Shown: positions 23,290-31,906 of the stretch, piece by piece | Position numbering within the stretch: the stretch's first letter is position 1 | How the letters are laid out: each line of letters starts with the position of its first letter | Assembly (NCBI RefSeq): GCF_000039765.1 | Contig: NC_004459.3 | Span: forward strand, 360,001-392,000 | DNA length: 32,000 nucleotides | Source of the DNA: Vibrio vulnificus CMCP6 | GTDB taxonomy: Bacteria; Pseudomonadota; Gammaproteobacteria; Enterobacterales; Vibrionaceae | Direction of reading: 5' to 3' | Translations under genes and position numbers: made by a program | Notes under the pieces: generated by a model | Seen by the model: only the letters and a program-made list of their open reading frames with translations | The model's database searches: none | Told to the model about the DNA's origin: nothing

Positions 23290-25128
23290 CTACTTGTTCA
23301 GGATAAAAACTGGCAAACCATCAGAACCAATATAACTTTTTTCACCAGCCCGCCTTGCTTTGATCGATCTTTTCGATGCAGCATTATCTTTTTCATATTC
23401 TTTAGGGCTTAATACTTTCAGTGCTTTCTTTTTTATGCCATCTGTTAAACGAAGATACTTATCAACACTAGGTGGAACAATCGCATTGCCATCTTTAAGT
23501 TTCACACCAAATATCTCTATGTAAAATTCAATATCTCGTAATACTTCATATACTGACGAGCGATCTACCCTCCAAAAGCGGTTAGGTTTAGTTAGCACTT
23601 TCGCCTTTGTCTTATCAAACTTGCCGTTATGGTATGAGTCGATAAATTCTTCTAACTGAAAATCCATGTGCCAAAATGGGAGTATTAACTTACCCGACCA
23701 ATCAGACACGTGTAGGCTTTCAATCAACCGCATATTGTACACTTTAATTGAATATGCAATTAGCTGACTATCTTCATTGAAACGATTGATATCAATGAGC
23801 GTCTTTGTTCTTCGATCAAAAGGCGTAGAGAATGGTGGCAAAACAACAAAATCTCCAAAAGAACTCAAACAATTTCTAATTGCAGCAATGAGTTTCGTCA
23901 TTTTATTGTGTTGGACGGTTTGTAAGCACACTAATGAGATAGCCAATACTATGCAAGACAAAACAAGTAATTGCTGAGATGAAGAGGAACTTTTTCTAAC
24001 CTTTTCAATAAAGTTAATAAATTCCTGTCGTGCTCGTTCATGAGCATTAGATATTATAATTCCGTAGGTATTGTCATCAACATGCTTACTTTTATCAATA
24101 ACACTTTGTAATAGTGTAGGGTCAAAACCTTCAAAATCAGCCATGTGCTCATGCAATATCAACAAGATATACTCAAAGCCATTATTAGCTGCAACCGTAG
24201 GAAAACCTCCGACTAACTCATTGATAGCATGTATATTTTTCAAGGTGTGTTGGCTGGTTTCTTTTACCAAGTTAGATTCTAGATAATTAAACACCTCAAT
24301 AAGTGAATCAGAAGCGTCAGTTTCAGTACCCGTTTCAAAATTATCTTGTATCTTTTCAAAGGAAAGAAGGAAATTGTCCATTTTTAGCATTACTTCATCA
24401 GCATCAGAAATAGTCAACTCTTCAAAATCAATGCCTTTTATAGCTTTTCTTAATACACCGCCAGCCTTAACCACTGATCTAATCTGGGGAAGTAATTTAG
24501 CATTTTCACGACCAACTAAATCAGCTTGAAACTTTTCAAGCAAATTTTTATTTAACTCGTCACAATATGAAATTGATTTCCATCCCTTATTCGAGGCCAG
24601 ATCGCTTTTTATATCTCCACTGACTCCCCTTGGAAGCACTAGAGCCAGTTTTTGGCGAATGAATGATTCAACATCACAGCTTTTAGATTTTGTAGCTTTT
24701 CTTACATCATCGCTTCCTTGCAAGATCTCAATCAACCAAGTCCTCATAGTAGACAATGGCGATTCTCTATCAATCCTACCTTCTAGTTTGCCTATTGCTG
24801 AAATTGCGTATGGTATGCACCAATAACTGATGAATATCGCCCTATTTTTCTGTTGATTAGCTTCATCCCTAGCTAAAGGGCCTAGTAGCAAATTAAGTTC
24901 CTGCATTGCTCCTAAAAGCGTCCCTATCGTTTGATCTATGTATAACCATATGTCGGGATCATCTGAAGATAAAGCAGAAGTTATAAGAACGCATTTTTCT
25001 TTGAATATCTCATTTTGACTCTCAAATTCTGAGCGACTATCAATAGCAATCTTTTTGTTTTTACTAAGCTTCAGATCCAGTAACTCGAACACAAAGTCAA
25101 CAGTCTGAGCAGTATTTGGAATCAACAT
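23290..25128 (-). CDS. Large hypothetical protein (612 aa), no recognisable motif
   Basis: Uninterrupted ORF with one hydrophobic stretch (LLVLSCIVLAISLVCL). Monocistronic context. Confidence 0.7.
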   Translation of the reverse strand: MLIPNTAQTVDFVFELLDLKLSKNKKIAIDSRSEFESQNEIFKEKCVLITSALSSDDPDIWLYIDQTIGTLLGAMQELNLLLGPLARDEANQQKNRAIFISYWCIPYAISAIGKLEGRIDRESPLSTMRTWLIEILQGSDDVRKATKSKSCDVESFIRQKLALVLPRGVSGDIKSDLASNKGWKSISYCDELNKNLLEKFQADLVGRENAKLLPQIRSVVKAGGVLRKAIKGIDFEELTISDADEVMLKMDNFLLSFEKIQDNFETGTETDASDSLIEVFNYLESNLVKETSQHTLKNIHAINELVGGFPTVAANNGFEYILLILHEHMADFEGFDPTLLQSVIDKSKHVDDNTYGIIISNAHERARQEFINFIEKVRKSSSSSQQLLVLSCIVLAISLVCLQTVQHNKMTKLIAAIRNCLSSFGDFVVLPPFSTPFDRRTKTLIDINRFNEDSQLIAYSIKVYNMRLIESLHVSDWSGKLILPFWHMDFQLEEFIDSYHNGKFDKTKAKVLTKPNRFWRVDRSSVYEVLRDIEFYIEIFGVKLKDGNAIVPPSVDKYLRLTDGIKKKALKVLSPKEYEKDNAASKRSIKARRAGEKSYIGSDGLPVFILNK

Positions 25129-25275
25129 AATGGCGTCCCAACCCTCTGATTAAATTAGATTATCATCTTGCACCTCTTAAGCTTCATTTTCAAATAAAGC
25201 TGGCTCGAATAAAACTGGGGGTATAAAAAAATTCGCTCTTACATACACTAACCCTAGATGATGAAGGAGAGTGAA

Positions 25276-25506
25276 ATGCAACTTTACAACAATATTGATT
25301 TCGGAACTGGTGTCCCAAACCATGTAGTAAAAAAAGCATCAGAAATCTTGTCATCATCGGTCATGGAAAAACGGTATCCCAGAAAAATTAAGACAAGATT
25401 TGGTATCAAATTTGTATTTAATGTAGGGGCTAGATACCGACTACTTTCCACTGACAAACAAAATTGGAAGCTCTTAACACATGAGACTTACAACAGATAC
25501 TCATAA
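25276..25506 (+). CDS. Small hypothetical protein (76 aa from ATG 25276)
   Basis: AGGAGA RBS 5 nt before ATG 25276; the ORF track starts at 25258. The C-terminal ..GARYRLLSTDKQNWKLLTHETYNRY is faintly RelE/HigB-like, which I cannot support. Confidence 0.5.
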   Translation: MQLYNNIDFGTGVPNHVVKKASEILSSSVMEKRYPRKIKTRFGIKFVFNVGARYRLLSTDKQNWKLLTHETYNRYS

Positions 25507-25527
25507 CCAACGATCAAAGGTGATTAC

Positions 25528-25755
25528 ATGAAAAAACAAGACAGGTGGTGTATGCCATTAAAACGAAAGGGTAAACCTACTATTTCAGGTGGAGCGGCAA
25601 GAAATGTTAGAATTGCAGAATCTGGAGGAATGGATTCGATTGTAGCAAACGCAGTCGATTTCGCACTAAACCAAGCCAATCTAATATCTGGTTCAATTCC
25701 CAATGAAACATCATTGCTACCCACAAATACAGGCGATAACCGCCCACTTCATTAA
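25528..25755 (+). CDS. Small hypothetical protein (75 aa)
   Basis: AAGGTGA RBS before the ATG. An overlapping antisense ORF (25524-25724) is less likely. Confidence 0.45.
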   Translation: MKKQDRWCMPLKRKGKPTISGGAARNVRIAESGGMDSIVANAVDFALNQANLISGSIPNETSLLPTNTGDNRPLH

Positions 25756-25782
25756 TGACGGTTATACACAGGAGAGTTCAAA

Positions 25783-26040
25783 ATGAAAGAAGTACTTTGT
25801 TCGCTATGTAATGGTCGTGGTAGTGACGTAACTATTAGATGCACTAACTGCCATGGTTCAGGTTATGATCCAGAAGAAGACAAGCCGTTCGCGCAGTGCC
25901 ACACCTGTTATGGCGAAGGTGTTGAGGAAGTTGAAGTTTGTCCTAATTGTGGTGGTGAAGGCTATTGTTACGAAGACGAAAATGATTATGAAGATGAAGA
26001 TGATTATGAAGATGATTATGAAGAAGGTGGAAGGCCGTAA
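25783..26040 (+). CDS. Stand-alone DnaJ-type cysteine-rich zinc-finger protein with poly-acidic Tyr-rich tail (85 aa)
   Basis: Four CxxCxGxG motifs (CSLCNGRG, CTNCHGSG, CHTCYGEG, CPNCGGEG), followed by YCYEDENDYEDEDDYEDDYEE. AGGAGA RBS. Confidence 0.75.
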   Translation: MKEVLCSLCNGRGSDVTIRCTNCHGSGYDPEEDKPFAQCHTCYGEGVEEVEVCPNCGGEGYCYEDENDYEDEDDYEDDYEEGGRP

Positions 26041-26091
26041 ATAGTTCTGTTTGACTGCCAACGCTTAGTTTCAATTTCAAGATAGTTATCC

Positions 26092-26138
26092 CAAGTTGAC
26101 AGAAGCGAGCATCCGTCTAGCTCGCTTCTGTCAACTTG
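26092..26138. repeat. Perfect 19-bp inverted repeat with 9-nt loop between convergent genes
   Basis: CAAGTTGACAGAAGCGAGC-atccgtcta-GCTCGCTTCTGTCAACTTG. No T-run on either side. Confidence 0.9.
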
Positions 26139-26186
26139 TGGATTTAACGAAGCAGCTCCGCGGTTGGTCACAGGCCGACTTTGGTA

Positions 26187-26447
26187 TTACTGATATTTTC
26201 TTGCTATCTCTCGAATCTCTTTCATTTTCTTCTTGTCATCAGTAACAATGATTTCAAGAAGTTCGAGAACTTTAACTTGTAGCTTACTGCATTTCTTACC
26301 CGCAAATGCTTGCTGAACAGTGTTCCTAGACAGACCTGTCAGCTTCACCATGCCGCTGACAGGGTTGATGACTGAGTTATTGTATCCATGTCTTTCTTTG
26401 AACAGATACTTGTCTGCAAATTCAATTACTTCGTTAGTGTGTTGCAT
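26187..26447 (-). CDS. Small hypothetical protein (86 aa), possible HTH
   Basis: ORF with the segment LTGLSRNTVQQAFAG, which resembles an HTH recognition helix. Confidence 0.5.
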   Translation of the reverse strand: MQHTNEVIEFADKYLFKERHGYNNSVINPVSGMVKLTGLSRNTVQQAFAGKKCSKLQVKVLELLEIIVTDDKKKMKEIREIARKYQ

Positions 26448-26460
26448 GTTGTGCCTCTTT

Positions 26461-26491
26461 ATTATTTTTATTAAAGCCCCTGACAGGGGCT
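26461..26491 (-). terminator. Probable Rho-independent terminator (minus strand)
   Basis: GCCCC-TGTCA-GGGGC (minus-strand reading) followed by TTTAATAAAAAT, 10 nt after the stop of 26501-26833. Confidence 0.5.
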
Positions 26492-26500
26492 TCTGGAGGA

Positions 26501-26833
26501 TTATGAGTCGTAGCGCTCGACTAGCTCATTAACCAACGCATGCTGCATGTCTCTTGCGTTGTCGATGAAGCTGCAATCAGTTAGTTCAAACTTATCGTCC
26601 AGCTCGTGAATATCGATGAACTCGCTTAGAACTTGCTCACACACATCTTCGTCACCAAACACTAACTGTTCACAGAAACCTCTGACGGAACCGCTTTCCT
26701 TTTCCATATAATCGACATCCCACTCTCTTAACATAAGCTTTTCTCTTTGAGCATCAACAGCTTTGATCATTAGAGATAGAAGTAGTTCTTTTTTGCTTTC
26801 AACTTTTATTTCAGTTTCTTTAAAATCTTTCAT
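26501..26833 (-). CDS. Acidic hypothetical protein (110 aa)
   Basis: ORF rich in Asp/Glu. No assignable motif. Confidence 0.55.
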   Translation of the reverse strand: MKDFKETEIKVESKKELLLSLMIKAVDAQREKLMLREWDVDYMEKESGSVRGFCEQLVFGDEDVCEQVLSEFIDIHELDDKFELTDCSFIDNARDMQHALVNELVERYDS

Positions 26834-27120
26834 TTTGTATTTTCCATTTTTATTATTAACTTTCGGTGTTTAAGTGTCCCCCTTTACTTTATGTTTATAT
26901 TGCAAACTTTTATATTACAAATACAAATAACAAAGTTATAATGAGTGGCATTTTTAATGATTATTTTTATTTTATTTAAAAATAATACATAAAGAAATAA
27001 AAAGGCAAAAATGGCGATTTGATGTCAATTACCTTTTTTAATTAATTAAACCCATGCAACTAAAACAGATAATTTATTTAAGATAAAAAATGCCCCGACC
27101 AGTAGCGAAAAGGTCAGGGC

Positions 27121-27147
27121 GAAAAAGACCCCAGTTTTAACTGGGGT
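27121..27147 (-). terminator. Rho-independent terminator (minus strand) after the helicase operon
   Basis: ACCCCAG-TTAAAA-CTGGGGT (minus-strand reading) followed by CTTTTTC. Confidence 0.6.
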
Positions 27148-27227
27148 TAAAAGCTTTGTAAAGTATGAGTTGACGTACAATCACCTCACACTTTTAATAT
27201 AATAAATTAAAATATTATAATCAACTT

Positions 27228-27470
27228 TTAAATGTCACTTTCAGCAAGGTTGAATTGCAAATAAAACAATGCAAGGGTGCTTTTATCTTTTAAACCATCA
27301 TTTATTATATTAATCGCTTTTCTCTGTGTGCAAAACAGCATTTCACTTAAGGCTTTACTAGATGCCTTGTTTCTGTATGTATAACCATTTTTGATTAAGA
27401 TGGATGACACTTCACTTCCGCTCAGAAATGGTTTTGATTCGATTAAATTATTAACACTATGCATGTTCAT
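27228..27470 (-). CDS. Small hypothetical protein (80 aa) overlapping the helicase gene's end
   Basis: The start overlaps the 3' end of 27457-29955 by 14 nt, which suggests an operon. Confidence 0.5.
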   Translation of the reverse strand: MNMHSVNNLIESKPFLSGSEVSSILIKNGYTYRNKASSKALSEMLFCTQRKAINIINDGLKDKSTLALFYLQFNLAESDI

Positions 27471-29955
27471 TTACCTTCTTATTATTATTTATATTATTAT
27501 CTGTTTTTTCTGCTGCCGCTTTTTCTGCCGCGACTTCTGCTTCAACTCTAGCTCTTTCACTTTCTCTTCTCTTGTCATCAACAAGAACGAACTGCGCTTG
27601 AATTTCGTCTATTGCATTGCTTTCAAACAAAGCTGACTTGGCAAGCTTGTGCAACGTGTAGATTTTACCGTTTGTGGTGTTACCTCTTCTGTTTCTCTTC
27701 TCTACAAATCCAAGTGCAGTCATGATTTCTTTAAGTGCTCTTGATGCTGCCTTCTTACCTTTTGTGTCTGAGCGCTTCTTGCCTGCCTTTAATTCACATA
27801 GTCCAGCGGCGTTAAAAGTTGATCTACGCTGTTTGTCAACGATATGGTTGTAAACTGCTGTTGTGTCCTCAACTACAATTTCAGTGTCTACACTAAGCTC
27901 TTTAACTCCAAGCGCATCAGCAAGAACTTTCATAGCTTTTGCCTCTTTTGAGCTGGTGCCTCCATTAAGCAAGTTGCCCTTAAACGCTTTCAGAAAATCT
28001 TTTTTGAAAACTTTGTTAAACTCATACACATCTTCATCAACACGCTCAGTGCTAATGCGCAGTCTTTGTGCTATCTCGTACTTCTTAACTGCGTAGCTTT
28101 CATCTGTTGTCAGTTCTTCTTTTTCTTTTAGTTCTGCAATTGATACATTATTGAGATTAAGTGCTTCAGTAGTAGCTTTCATCTCTGACTTTTCGAAAGC
28201 TTCTTTTGATACCTTATCTGCTTTTGAAGCTGCCTTAATTTCTTCAAAATCAACATCAACACGCTCAACATTAAAACCTAGGAGCTGTAGTGTTTTAGCT
28301 AGCGTAAATCGAAGATTACTTTTAAGTAATTCTTCTCGAACCAGAAACTCAGCTTCTAGTTCGCTGTTGATATTGCCTTTGATTGCATCAGCACGATAAT
28401 CAGTGTAAGCAGCCGCTTGTGAGAATGTCGGTACAGCAAAAGTCAACCTGATTGCTGTTCTAAGTCTTCTTGCTAATTGCACCAGTGCTGTTGGCTGAAG
28501 AACGCGATTACAAAGCACTATGACTTCATCAGCATGATTTGCTGTAATGCTGAAACCTTCTCTTAAACATGGCGATACAATAACAGTGCGGTATTTAACG
28601 ATCTCCTTGTTTGGATTCTTAAGAAATGCACGTTGTTCTTTCCCGCCTTTATTTTCGCTGTGTACGACCAGGATTCCCGCTTTTAGCGCTTTATTGTAGT
28701 CAACCTTGCCTTTCGAGTTTATATAGCCAGATTGCTCGACTAGACGGTCGATTTCGCCCTTTCTGTCGCAAGCAATGAACATCTGACTTTTACCAAGTAA
28801 CTTTTTAGCTATTAGCTCCTGATTCATCACCTCAATACTTTCGACTGTAGTAGCGATATCTCTGTATACGTTTTTACGCATATTCACAGTTTTAACTTTG
28901 CGACCAAAAGCTTTTGCATATCTCACAGAAATCGCGTCAGTAGCATCAGCGTCCATGAAGATCACTTTCTTGTTGCTTCTTATAGCTTGAGCTAGTTCTG
29001 CCCTAATCGTTCTTTTAGCTAACTCGCTGATATAGTCAGAGCGAGGATCGAAGATAGACTGTAAAACCTTTTCGCACTCATCAATGATGATTGTGTCCGC
29101 TTCTTTTACTGTCTCTGCTGTAAAAGCGTTGGTAAGAGAGTTGACAGTAGCACTTAGATGAGTCGCATTTTCAATGACATGCATTTGTTCATCATAAAAC
29201 GCTGAGGCAACATTTGATGGTGTGTGCTGCTTAACCACAGCGATAAGACCAGTTATAGTGGCTGTCTTGCGTCCTTTACTAGCTTCTCTTTCAATTAGAG
29301 CTTTTGCAAACTCAGTTTTGCACGTACCTGTAGGTGAGCGCAGAACAACCACATTGCGCTGGTTCTGAGCGAAAACTTCCATCTCCATGTCGTGAAGTTC
29401 GTACGCATTGTGGTCAGCAGTAAGAGTGACAGATTTGATGATCTCTTCCATCAGGTCTGAATGAGATTCTTCGTAGATAGCTTCTGCTTTTTCTGTGCTA
29501 ACTCCAGTCCATTCCATCAGATTTCTCACTGCTTCTTCATCCGATGAGATCATAGAAGGAACTAGTGATTTAACAGCCTTAGCGCTCTCTCTAAGAAGCA
29601 ACTGAGAATTGAACTGGTTAAAAGCTTCGCAAACGTATTTCGCAAAACTTACATCACTGTAACCAGTAGTAATTTTTGTGTCAGTGCTTATGTCATGCAT
29701 ATTTAGCTTATGCTTAATCGCAGTAAGAGCAATGCTTGATGCATACTTAGCTTTGAAGTCGAAGTTGATAGCTGTAATGACCTTATCTTTAGCGTCATGC
29801 TTTCTGATAGTTAAAACAAGATGGCTTTGAGTTGTAACTACTATTCTGTCTGTAGAATTGAATGCTTCTGCTTTAGCTAGAAGTGTTTCATCACCTGATG
29901 ATATGAAGAGTTGAGTGTCTACCGCACTTTCTCCTTTAATGCAACTGTACGTCAT
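27457..29955 (-). CDS. SF2 (DEAD/DExH-like) helicase, candidate plasmid replication initiator/origin-binding helicase, 832 aa
   Basis: Motif I VVLRSPTGTCKTEF. Motif II TIIIDECEKV. VIFMDADA. Later VIVSPCLREGFSI and QLARRLR (motif VI-like). Basic, coiled C-terminal third. Adjacent to an AT-rich repeat region. Confidence 0.75.
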   Translation of the reverse strand: MTYSCIKGESAVDTQLFISSGDETLLAKAEAFNSTDRIVVTTQSHLVLTIRKHDAKDKVITAINFDFKAKYASSIALTAIKHKLNMHDISTDTKITTGYSDVSFAKYVCEAFNQFNSQLLLRESAKAVKSLVPSMISSDEEAVRNLMEWTGVSTEKAEAIYEESHSDLMEEIIKSVTLTADHNAYELHDMEMEVFAQNQRNVVVLRSPTGTCKTEFAKALIEREASKGRKTATITGLIAVVKQHTPSNVASAFYDEQMHVIENATHLSATVNSLTNAFTAETVKEADTIIIDECEKVLQSIFDPRSDYISELAKRTIRAELAQAIRSNKKVIFMDADATDAISVRYAKAFGRKVKTVNMRKNVYRDIATTVESIEVMNQELIAKKLLGKSQMFIACDRKGEIDRLVEQSGYINSKGKVDYNKALKAGILVVHSENKGGKEQRAFLKNPNKEIVKYRTVIVSPCLREGFSITANHADEVIVLCNRVLQPTALVQLARRLRTAIRLTFAVPTFSQAAAYTDYRADAIKGNINSELEAEFLVREELLKSNLRFTLAKTLQLLGFNVERVDVDFEEIKAASKADKVSKEAFEKSEMKATTEALNLNNVSIAELKEKEELTTDESYAVKKYEIAQRLRISTERVDEDVYEFNKVFKKDFLKAFKGNLLNGGTSSKEAKAMKVLADALGVKELSVDTEIVVEDTTAVYNHIVDKQRRSTFNAAGLCELKAGKKRSDTKGKKAASRALKEIMTALGFVEKRNRRGNTTNGKIYTLHKLAKSALFESNAIDEIQAQFVLVDDKRRESERARVEAEVAAEKAAAEKTDNNINNNKKVNEHA

Positions 29956-30125
29956 TTTAAAAACTGCCTTTCCCTCTATGGGGATTATAATTATATTTAT
30001 ACTTTACCCTCTCAGCATAAGTGAATTATTTTCACTTTACAAGTTACAATCTTATAAATTAACTATTTTTATTAATATAGAAATTAAAGGTTAGTTGATT
30101 ATTATTTTATTATACATGAGTAGCT

Positions 30126-30297
30126 GGTTTTTATTTTATGCAAAATGCTTCGCATGTTTGCTTGCTCTATCGGTTGTTTACTTGTTACTTGTTTTTTTAT
30201 TCACACTAACCTATGGACTATGTAGTGTTGATTTATATATAAAATAAGTAAAACATAGTCCACACCTCAAACCTTATCTAGCAAGGCTTTAAGGCAG
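30126..30297 (+). repeat. Copy 1 of a ~170 bp direct repeat (origin-like), containing a 10-bp inverted repeat around an AT-rich core
   Basis: Aligns with 30627-30803 (offset 506-507) at high identity by eye. TGGACTATGT (30214-30223) and ACATAGTCCA (30253-30262) flank 29 nt of AT-rich DNA. Confidence 0.85.
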
Positions 30298-30626
30298 ATT
30301 CACTTTCAAAATCACCAAAGGGAAATTTTTTTTAAAAACAAGGAGCATAACCACTCTTTAAAGTCGATTGAAAATTCAAAGGTTATATCAGGGGGAGCTA
30401 ATGAGGATGCGAGTTTGGAGTGTGGTTATAAAAACCCTCATAACTATCACCCCCAGAAATATTTTTCTTCATTATATTTCCTAGCAACGCTATGAATGAC
30501 GGTGGTTCAATTTTCGGTTAACTATAATCATAAGGAGCTAGATTATAAATATTAGCGTCATAAATAAGTTCACCAAAAGGATCGGGTATAATAAAACCAT
30601 TTTTAAATATTATATTTATCTTTAGC

Positions 30627-30803
30627 GGTTTTGATTATATTTAAATGCAAAATTCTTCGCATGTTTGCTTATTCTATCTGTTCTTACCTTCTGGATGCTT
30701 TTTTATTCACACTAAACTATGGACTATGTAATGTTGATTTATATATAAAATAAGTAAAACATAGTCCATGCCTAAGCCCTTATCTAGCAAGGCTTCAAAG
30801 CGA
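30627..30803 (+). repeat. Copy 2 of the ~170 bp direct repeat
   Basis: Same internal TGGACTATGT..ACATAGTCCA inverted repeat and the same ..CTAGCAAGGCTT.. end. Confidence 0.85.
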
Positions 30804-31065
30804 GTTAGAACTTAAAAATGGATAAAAGCTAGCCTCTAAACTTATGGCAATTAAATATTCAAAAATGATGCATAAAAAACAAAGAGGCAGACAAGCTAGG
30901 AAAGTTAACTGCAAAGCAGTTAACACTTCTGTTCCTTAACTCTCTCCACCTAATCGAACTAGGAAGAACTACTTCCTGGTTGAAAGAGCGCACAAAATCA
31001 CAGGCAGGGGTATGCGCAAGTAGAATGGGTATAATACTAACCCCTCTTAATCACACCGATGGTTC

Positions 31066-31341
31066 ATGATGAGACAAGTCAAGAAGCAGAGCGAGAAGCT
31101 CGGTCGCACAAGTCGAGCAAAAATGCTTCGTCTTGCTGATGTAGTTAGAACGGTAAGAATTCGACTTGAAGAAGTTAAAGACAAGCAATTAGACAAGTTA
31201 GATCGTTTATCAGATCATTTGCTAGATCGTGTTAAAATCACAAGCCCTAGCAATCTTGAGATTCAGATCTCGGTTCAGTTCCCCATTACACAGTTGAATC
31301 GGAAAAAAACAATGTGGGGAACATCAAAAAAATGCAATTAA
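31066..31341 (+). CDS. Doubtful ORF (91 aa)
   Basis: No convincing RBS. The basic, low-complexity sequence may be non-coding. Confidence 0.2.
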   Translation: MMRQVKKQSEKLGRTSRAKMLRLADVVRTVRIRLEEVKDKQLDKLDRLSDHLLDRVKITSPSNLEIQISVQFPITQLNRKKTMWGTSKKCN

Positions 31342-31467
31342 ATCATCTCTTTTGACTACTGTTCCCCAATTTGTTCCCCAGCTCACTCACTTGCAAATAA
31401 ATACAAATAAAAACAACAACTTAAACACCTCATTCAGAGTACGCCAGCTCCACCAAACGTTTGGAAA

Positions 31468-31499
31468 GGGCGATAACTCTTTGAGTTATCGCCCTTTTT
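31468..31499 (+). terminator. Strong Rho-independent terminator
   Basis: GGGCGATAACTC-TTT-GAGTTATCGCCC followed by TTTTT. Confidence 0.75.
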
Positions 31500-31785
31500 G
31501 TATTCTGTCTCTCAATAACTGGCTATGAGTACTAAAACAAGGTACTAAACGATGCACTACCTGAGCCTTTCAACATCTGGTAACTGGTACTTTCACGACC
31601 AAAATATCGTCACCTCTTTGTTCACCATACTGAAGTCAAACAGTCGCTACGTACCTAATCAAACATACCCTACGTAAGAGAAAGGAGACCGGCCTTGGAA
31701 TCATTGGCGATTTCAAGACCTACGTCAAAAATTAATAAATAGTTCCATCCATTCTGTTCATCAACAATTTGGGCTTACAGATTAC

Positions 31786-31883
31786 GAGTAATTATTTACT
31801 CACAAAGAGTCTCGCCACATACTTATGAGTAAATAGTTACTCATAAGTTGAAAGATAGGAACTTTAAGAGTAAAGTTTTACTC
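31786..31883. promoter_or_regulatory. Three operator palindromes GAGTAA-N4-TTACTC spaced exactly 41 bp apart
   Basis: 31786-31801 is GAGTAATTATTTACTC. 31827-31842 is GAGTAAATAGTTACTC, which extends to 11-bp arms over 31822-31847. 31868-31883 is GAGTAAAGTTTTACTC. The last ends 24 nt before ATG 31907. Confidence 0.6.
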
Positions 31884-31906
31884 ATTGATAAGTAGAGGTG
31901 TTGTTG

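Noticed and set aside
25853-26061. ORFs 25853-26044 (+) and 25858-26061 (-).
   Set aside because: They are alternative frames of the repetitive GAT/GAA acidic-tail region of the zinc-finger gene. Their translations are low-complexity (MKMKMIMK, IIIFIIIF).
27391-28399. Plus-strand ORFs 27391-27636, 27863-28096 and 28151-28399.
   Set aside because: They are antisense to the helicase gene and its downstream partner, with Ser-rich shadow-ORF composition.
30253-30262. DnaA box within the origin-like repeat (TAGTCCACA versus TTATCCACA).
   Set aside because: It matches only 7 of 9 positions in copy 1 and fewer in copy 2 (TAGTCCATG), which is too weak to call.
31530-31700. Possible N-terminal integrase remnant (..SGNWYFHDQNIVTSLFTILKSNSRY.., vaguely like the YYFR..P..L motif).
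   Set aside because: The similarity is too weak, with no start or RBS and short frames. I cannot support it from the sequence alone.
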